This document shows positions 60,465 through 64,000 of a stretch of DNA of 64,000 nucleotides, piece by piece. The notes below the pieces were generated by a model. The model did not search any database. It had not been told where the DNA came from and saw only the letters and a program-made list of their open reading frames with translations. This DNA comes from Armatimonadota bacterium. GTDB lineage: Bacteria > Armatimonadota > SYMT01. The stretch spans positions 896,001 to 960,000 of the forward strand of contig JAWLHY010000001.1 of assembly GCA_041690135.1 (NCBI GenBank), in the 5' to 3' direction. Position 1 is the first letter of the stretch; each line of letters opens with the position of its first letter. A program made the position numbers and the translations under genes.

Positions 60465-61359
60465 CGGAGAGGTGTTCTTCGATAGCCGCGATAACCGCCA
60501 GGGCGGAGTGCTCGTCCAGTTCGCTTCCGAAACGCCAGGTCTTCCCGTGGTAGTAGAAGGCGATCGTCGGTGTTACCGCGGCGGCCGGTCCCGCGGCCAC
60601 CGAGCCCCACGCCTCCCCCTTCGGAGGGCGGGAGAACCGCAGGTGCTGGATCTCGTCGAGGGCGAAGGTTCGCTCCCCCTTCCAGCTCAGCATGGACGCT
60701 TCCACCTTCAGGCCGCACGGGCTTACCGTGATCATCTCCGAACCGCCCTGCGTCCAGAGCCACCATTGGGCGGAGAAGTACATCAACAGGGCGAACGGCA
60801 CGCCCACCAGCAGCCCCACCCAGGGCCCCCAGGGAGTGGGCCCGCGCCCGAACATCCCCAGGATCGAGTTCATCAAGATAACCCCGCAAACGCAGAACCA
60901 GGCCGGCAGCACCAGGATCAGGAACCAGTTGCGCGTGGGGCCAATGTGGATCTGCAGGCCGCGTGGTCCGCGGTCGATCGCTACCCGGGAGGAGACCTTC
61001 CCTGCCAGCGCGCCCGGATCATCGAGGCGCGCCCGGCGCCGTAGCTCATCCTGCTCCAGCCGGGCCGCTTCGACCTCCCGTTCCATCCGCGCGATCAACT
61101 CCGGCTGCTTACCGGTGAGTTCGTGCGGCGGAACCCGCTGCAATTCGTCCAGGATGACGGCACCGTCCGCATAGAGGTTGCGGACCATATGGAAGCGCTG
61201 GCGGAAGTCTTCTTCGGTCCCCGGTGCGGGGATGAATCCGGTCACCATGCGGCGGGTCAGCCACTGTTCCGCGCGACCCTTGAGGGCGCCGTCGAGCCGG
61301 GCCGGGCCGGAGCGCTCCCCGGCGGAGAGAATGGGGCTTGGATTCGAGGCCATCTTCAA
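60457..61359 (-). CDS. Hypothetical membrane protein
   Basis: Helical N-terminus, two TMs, beta-rich C-terminus. Confidence 0.7.
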   Translation of the reverse strand: MKMASNPSPILSAGERSGPARLDGALKGRAEQWLTRRMVTGFIPAPGTEEDFRQRFHMVRNLYADGAVILDELQRVPPHELTGKQPELIARMEREVEAARLEQDELRRRARLDDPGALAGKVSSRVAIDRGPRGLQIHIGPTRNWFLILVLPAWFCVCGVILMNSILGMFGRGPTPWGPWVGLLVGVPFALLMYFSAQWWLWTQGGSEMITVSPCGLKVEASMLSWKGERTFALDEIQHLRFSRPPKGEAWGSVAAGPAAAVTPTIAFYYHGKTWRFGSELDEHSALAVIAAIEEHLSVS

Positions 61360-61395
61360 CTTCCCTGGGGACAGAACAAACTGCCCACAGGGATT

Positions 61396-61662
61396 CTAAC
61401 GGCTCCGCGAGCAGAAAGGCCTCCCTCGGTTGGCCTCCGTTTGCTCCGCCAGCCTGCCGTACTCCGCCAGCGCCAGGGCATAGGCGTGGCAAAGGTCCCG
61501 CGCCCACGGCTCCCCCTCGGCGCAAAACTGGCTCACGCGCGCCAGCCCCGTCAGAAGGCAGCGCGCTCCCGCCTCCACCTCGCCCCATCCCAGGAGGCGG
61601 CAGGCTTCCTGCACGGCGCGGCAGAGCAGCCGGTATTCTGCTGTGAGCAGTTCCTTTTCCAT
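61396..61662 (-). CDS. Small hypothetical protein
   Basis: ATG ORF in a same-strand run; helical pattern. Confidence 0.55.
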   Translation of the reverse strand: MEKELLTAEYRLLCRAVQEACRLLGWGEVEAGARCLLTGLARVSQFCAEGEPWARDLCHAYALALAEYGRLAEQTEANRGRPFCSRSR

Positions 61663-61813
61663 ACAAGCAGGTCATACCAAAGCTGCGGCAACTTCAACCG
61701 GGGGATGATGTTTCTTGGTCCCGTCCGGCAGTTCCTTCGCGGGACGGGACCTCTCGTGAATCCTCACCTGGAGGTAGGAAACGGCACCCTAGAACGCTCA
61801 TAGCGTGGAGGCG

Positions 61814-62674
61814 TCAGGGCTTGGCGTAGCGGACTTCTCCCTTTGCGTCCCGGAGAATCAGCTTGGGACCGATTTCGTCCACCGAGGAGAGGAAAGCCCC
61901 TACGGCTCCGTTGCGATCATACAGGGATAATCCCGGCCCTTCCTTGAATGCCGCCAGGCCGACCCGAACCTTGTCCGCACCATCATACAGGCCCAGCGCC
62001 GGGCCATCCTTGGTCAACCCTACGACGGCCCGCGCGTTCCCCGCGGCGTCCCACAGGGTAAACCGGGGAGCGTCCCCAATCGCCTCCATCCCGGCGCGCT
62101 GCGTACCATTTCCATCCAGAAGAGAGAGTTCGGGCCCTTCACCGCTCACGCGGAAGGAGGCACGCTGACTCCCGTTGGCATCGTGAAGGGAGAATTCCGG
62201 GCCCTCCTTGCCGACGAAAATGGAACTGCCCATTTTACCGGTGGATGAGTAGAGGCCCACCGCCGGACCGCCCTTGCCCGCACCGAAGGCCATCCGCGTA
62301 TTCCCCTCGGGGTCGGCGAATGTCAGCCGCGACGAAACACCGTCCGCCCTGAGAGATACCTGGCTCTTCTCGTCGGCATTGGCGAGGTAAAACGTGGGGC
62401 CGTCTTTACTGACCTCCAGGCCGGTACGGGCCTTGCCCTCCTCATCGTAGAGACTCAACAGCGGCGCCCCTTCGAACATGGTGAACAGACCCCGCACTTC
62501 CCCCCGCGCGTCGACCAGCTCAAACCGCTCTGCCTGGACAGTCTTGACCTTTTGGACCGCAATGGCCGGCGCCAGGCAGGCGAGGGACAGAACCAGGATC
62601 ATCCCCAGCCGCCACCGGCGGTTCTCTCGCTCCAGTTTCTCCAGCCGGGCCAGTATTTCGCTATCGTTCCGCAT
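61814..62674 (-). CDS. Membrane-anchored protein with about ten 22-aa beta repeats
   Basis: Coiled coil plus TM, then GP.L.L.D..G..R..L repeats. Confidence 0.8.
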   Translation of the reverse strand: MRNDSEILARLEKLERENRRWRLGMILVLSLACLAPAIAVQKVKTVQAERFELVDARGEVRGLFTMFEGAPLLSLYDEEGKARTGLEVSKDGPTFYLANADEKSQVSLRADGVSSRLTFADPEGNTRMAFGAGKGGPAVGLYSSTGKMGSSIFVGKEGPEFSLHDANGSQRASFRVSGEGPELSLLDGNGTQRAGMEAIGDAPRFTLWDAAGNARAVVGLTKDGPALGLYDGADKVRVGLAAFKEGPGLSLYDRNGAVGAFLSSVDEIGPKLILRDAKGEVRYAKP

Positions 62675-63002
62675 CGCGTTATTCGCTCCGTTCTTCGGTT
62701 CGGCAACTGCCGCGCACCAAGCGTTTCAATGGCTCACCCGGCCCGCGCCCGCCGCGCCCGGCCGGGGTCACCAACCCGGCTCCGTCGTCAGGAAGCGATG
62801 CGGCCCTTAGGCAACGCTTATCGCTTCCCCCTCGACCCACCACGGGCTTGCAGGAGATTATAACAAGTGTTCGCCTGGCCTGCTCCAATCCCTCCGCAAA
62901 GGTCGGGTCAGCCGCACATTCCTCGGCGATGAACTCCTCCAGGGTCTTCCCGAAAAGGTTCCTGGTTGTCTGGCAGCCAACTAACGACGGAGGACATTGA
63001 GA

Positions 63003-64000
63003 ATGAACCGTCGCCGGATTGCCTGGGCTGTGGTGCCCACCGCACTCGTCTTATTCGCTGCTACCGGTGCGGCCCGCCCCCGCCTGAAAGTCATCAAGCA
63101 GATCCTGACGGCCAACGGCCTCACCGGCGGGGGAACCGGCCCGCAGGTCACCGTGGGGATCGCAGAAGGTGGAGTCACCGGGTCACACGTGCTTGATAAC
63201 TCATTAGGCGTCGAGGACTTCAATTCGGCCGCCCGTACGGCGCTGAAGGGCGATCCTGGACTGCAGGGGCCGGCCGGTCCCTCGGGCCCCCAGGGAGTGA
63301 AGGGAGATACAGGACCCACCGGACCGATGGGGCTGCAAGGCGCGGCAGGTGCAGATGGTCCGATTGGACCGCAAGGACCACGTGGATTCCCGGGCCCAGC
63401 GGGATCTCAGGGGCCGATTGGGCCAGCAGGACCAACCGGGGCACAGGGGCCGGCGGGACCGCAGGGACCGGTGGGCGAAGGCGCGCTGACCCAGGGTCCC
63501 GGAGTAGGTGGACAAGTCGTGGAGTTCGCGCGCTGGGGTACGCCGGCGCCCGGTGGTGGCCTCTTCTATGGCGGGAACTTCAATTCCGGAGGGGGTCTTC
63601 CCGCATCCATTTCAAATCGCCGGGGCCAGTTTTTGTTCATCACCGGTATTGATGAGAACAGTGATGGGGAGTGGAACGGGAGCGTAGATTCGGTAGGCTT
63701 GTTTCTGGCTGATCCGTCGAGCATCAACATCATAGCCAAAAGCAAAATGACACTTCCCGGAGGCGGAGTACTGCTGAAGTTTCTCCATGGACAAGAGAAC
63801 GGATACGGTCCCTTCAAGCTGGGGCAAGAGCTTTTCCTGACCGACGCAGGCGCCATCTACTTCGTGGCTGGAGTTGGTCCGAATCCTACGAGTTCGCCCC
63901 AGCGGCACTGCCTCTATGGCTGGCTGAACGGAGAGCTCTTTGCGGTGAGTGGATGGGATGCAACTACGGCCGATGGTCTGCCGATCGTGCAAGTTATGGA
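63003..64000 (+). CDS. Secreted collagen-like protein with C-terminal beta-repeat domain; runs off the window
   Basis: Manual translation (not in the ORF track): GGAGGA RBS, signal peptide, 25 uninterrupted Gly-X-Y triplets at 63249-63473, then N..G.F.F-like motifs. Confidence 0.88.
   Translation, partial: MNRRRIAWAVVPTALVLFAATGAARPRLKVIKQILTANGLTGGGTGPQVTVGIAEGGVTGSHVLDNSLGVEDFNSAARTALKGDPGLQGPAGPSGPQGVKGDTGPTGPMGLQGAAGADGPIGPQGPRGFPGPAGSQGPIGPAGPTGAQGPAGPQGPVGEGALTQGPGVGGQVVEFARWGTPAPGGGLFYGGNFNSGGGLPASISNRRGQFLFITGIDENSDGEWNGSVDSVGLFLADPSSINIIAKSKMTLPGGGVLLKFLHGQENGYGPFKLGQELFLTDAGAIYFVAGVGPNPTSSPQRHCLYGWLNGELFAVSGWDATTADGLPIVQVM

Overview
A high-GC, gene-dense chromosomal window of mostly housekeeping genes. 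It contains dnaX-ybaB-recR with a large Alu-domain SRP RNA, efp-accB-like-accC-nusB-dxs, a sugar ABC transporter, miaB, two FKBPs, lepA-bdh-hemW-SPOR-smpB-nfo, split ArgZ-like arginine catabolism genes, corA, mutS and ada/alkA-ogt. Secreted or membrane hypotheticals and several prepilin-type genes are interspersed. The gene content suggests an Armatimonadota-like organism (inference only). No CRISPR array, rRNA, tRNA, transposase or prophage was seen. The five most notable observations: (1) an ECF sigma factor overlapped by a gene fusing an anti-sigma-like N-terminal domain to a PilB/GspE-type ATPase with degenerate catalytic motifs, a candidate new ECF regulatory module; (2) the BCCP gene upstream of accC has Arg in place of the biotin-accepting Lys; (3) a HAMP domain appears split between two divergent genes, a dCache sensor and an RsbW-like kinase; (4) a promoter-driven, terminator-bounded structured RNA of about 120 nt lies ahead of lepA; (5) the SRP RNA helix 8 is shortened. 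All calls come from reading motifs by eye; no database searches were run, and several start codons were re-chosen relative to the ORF track.
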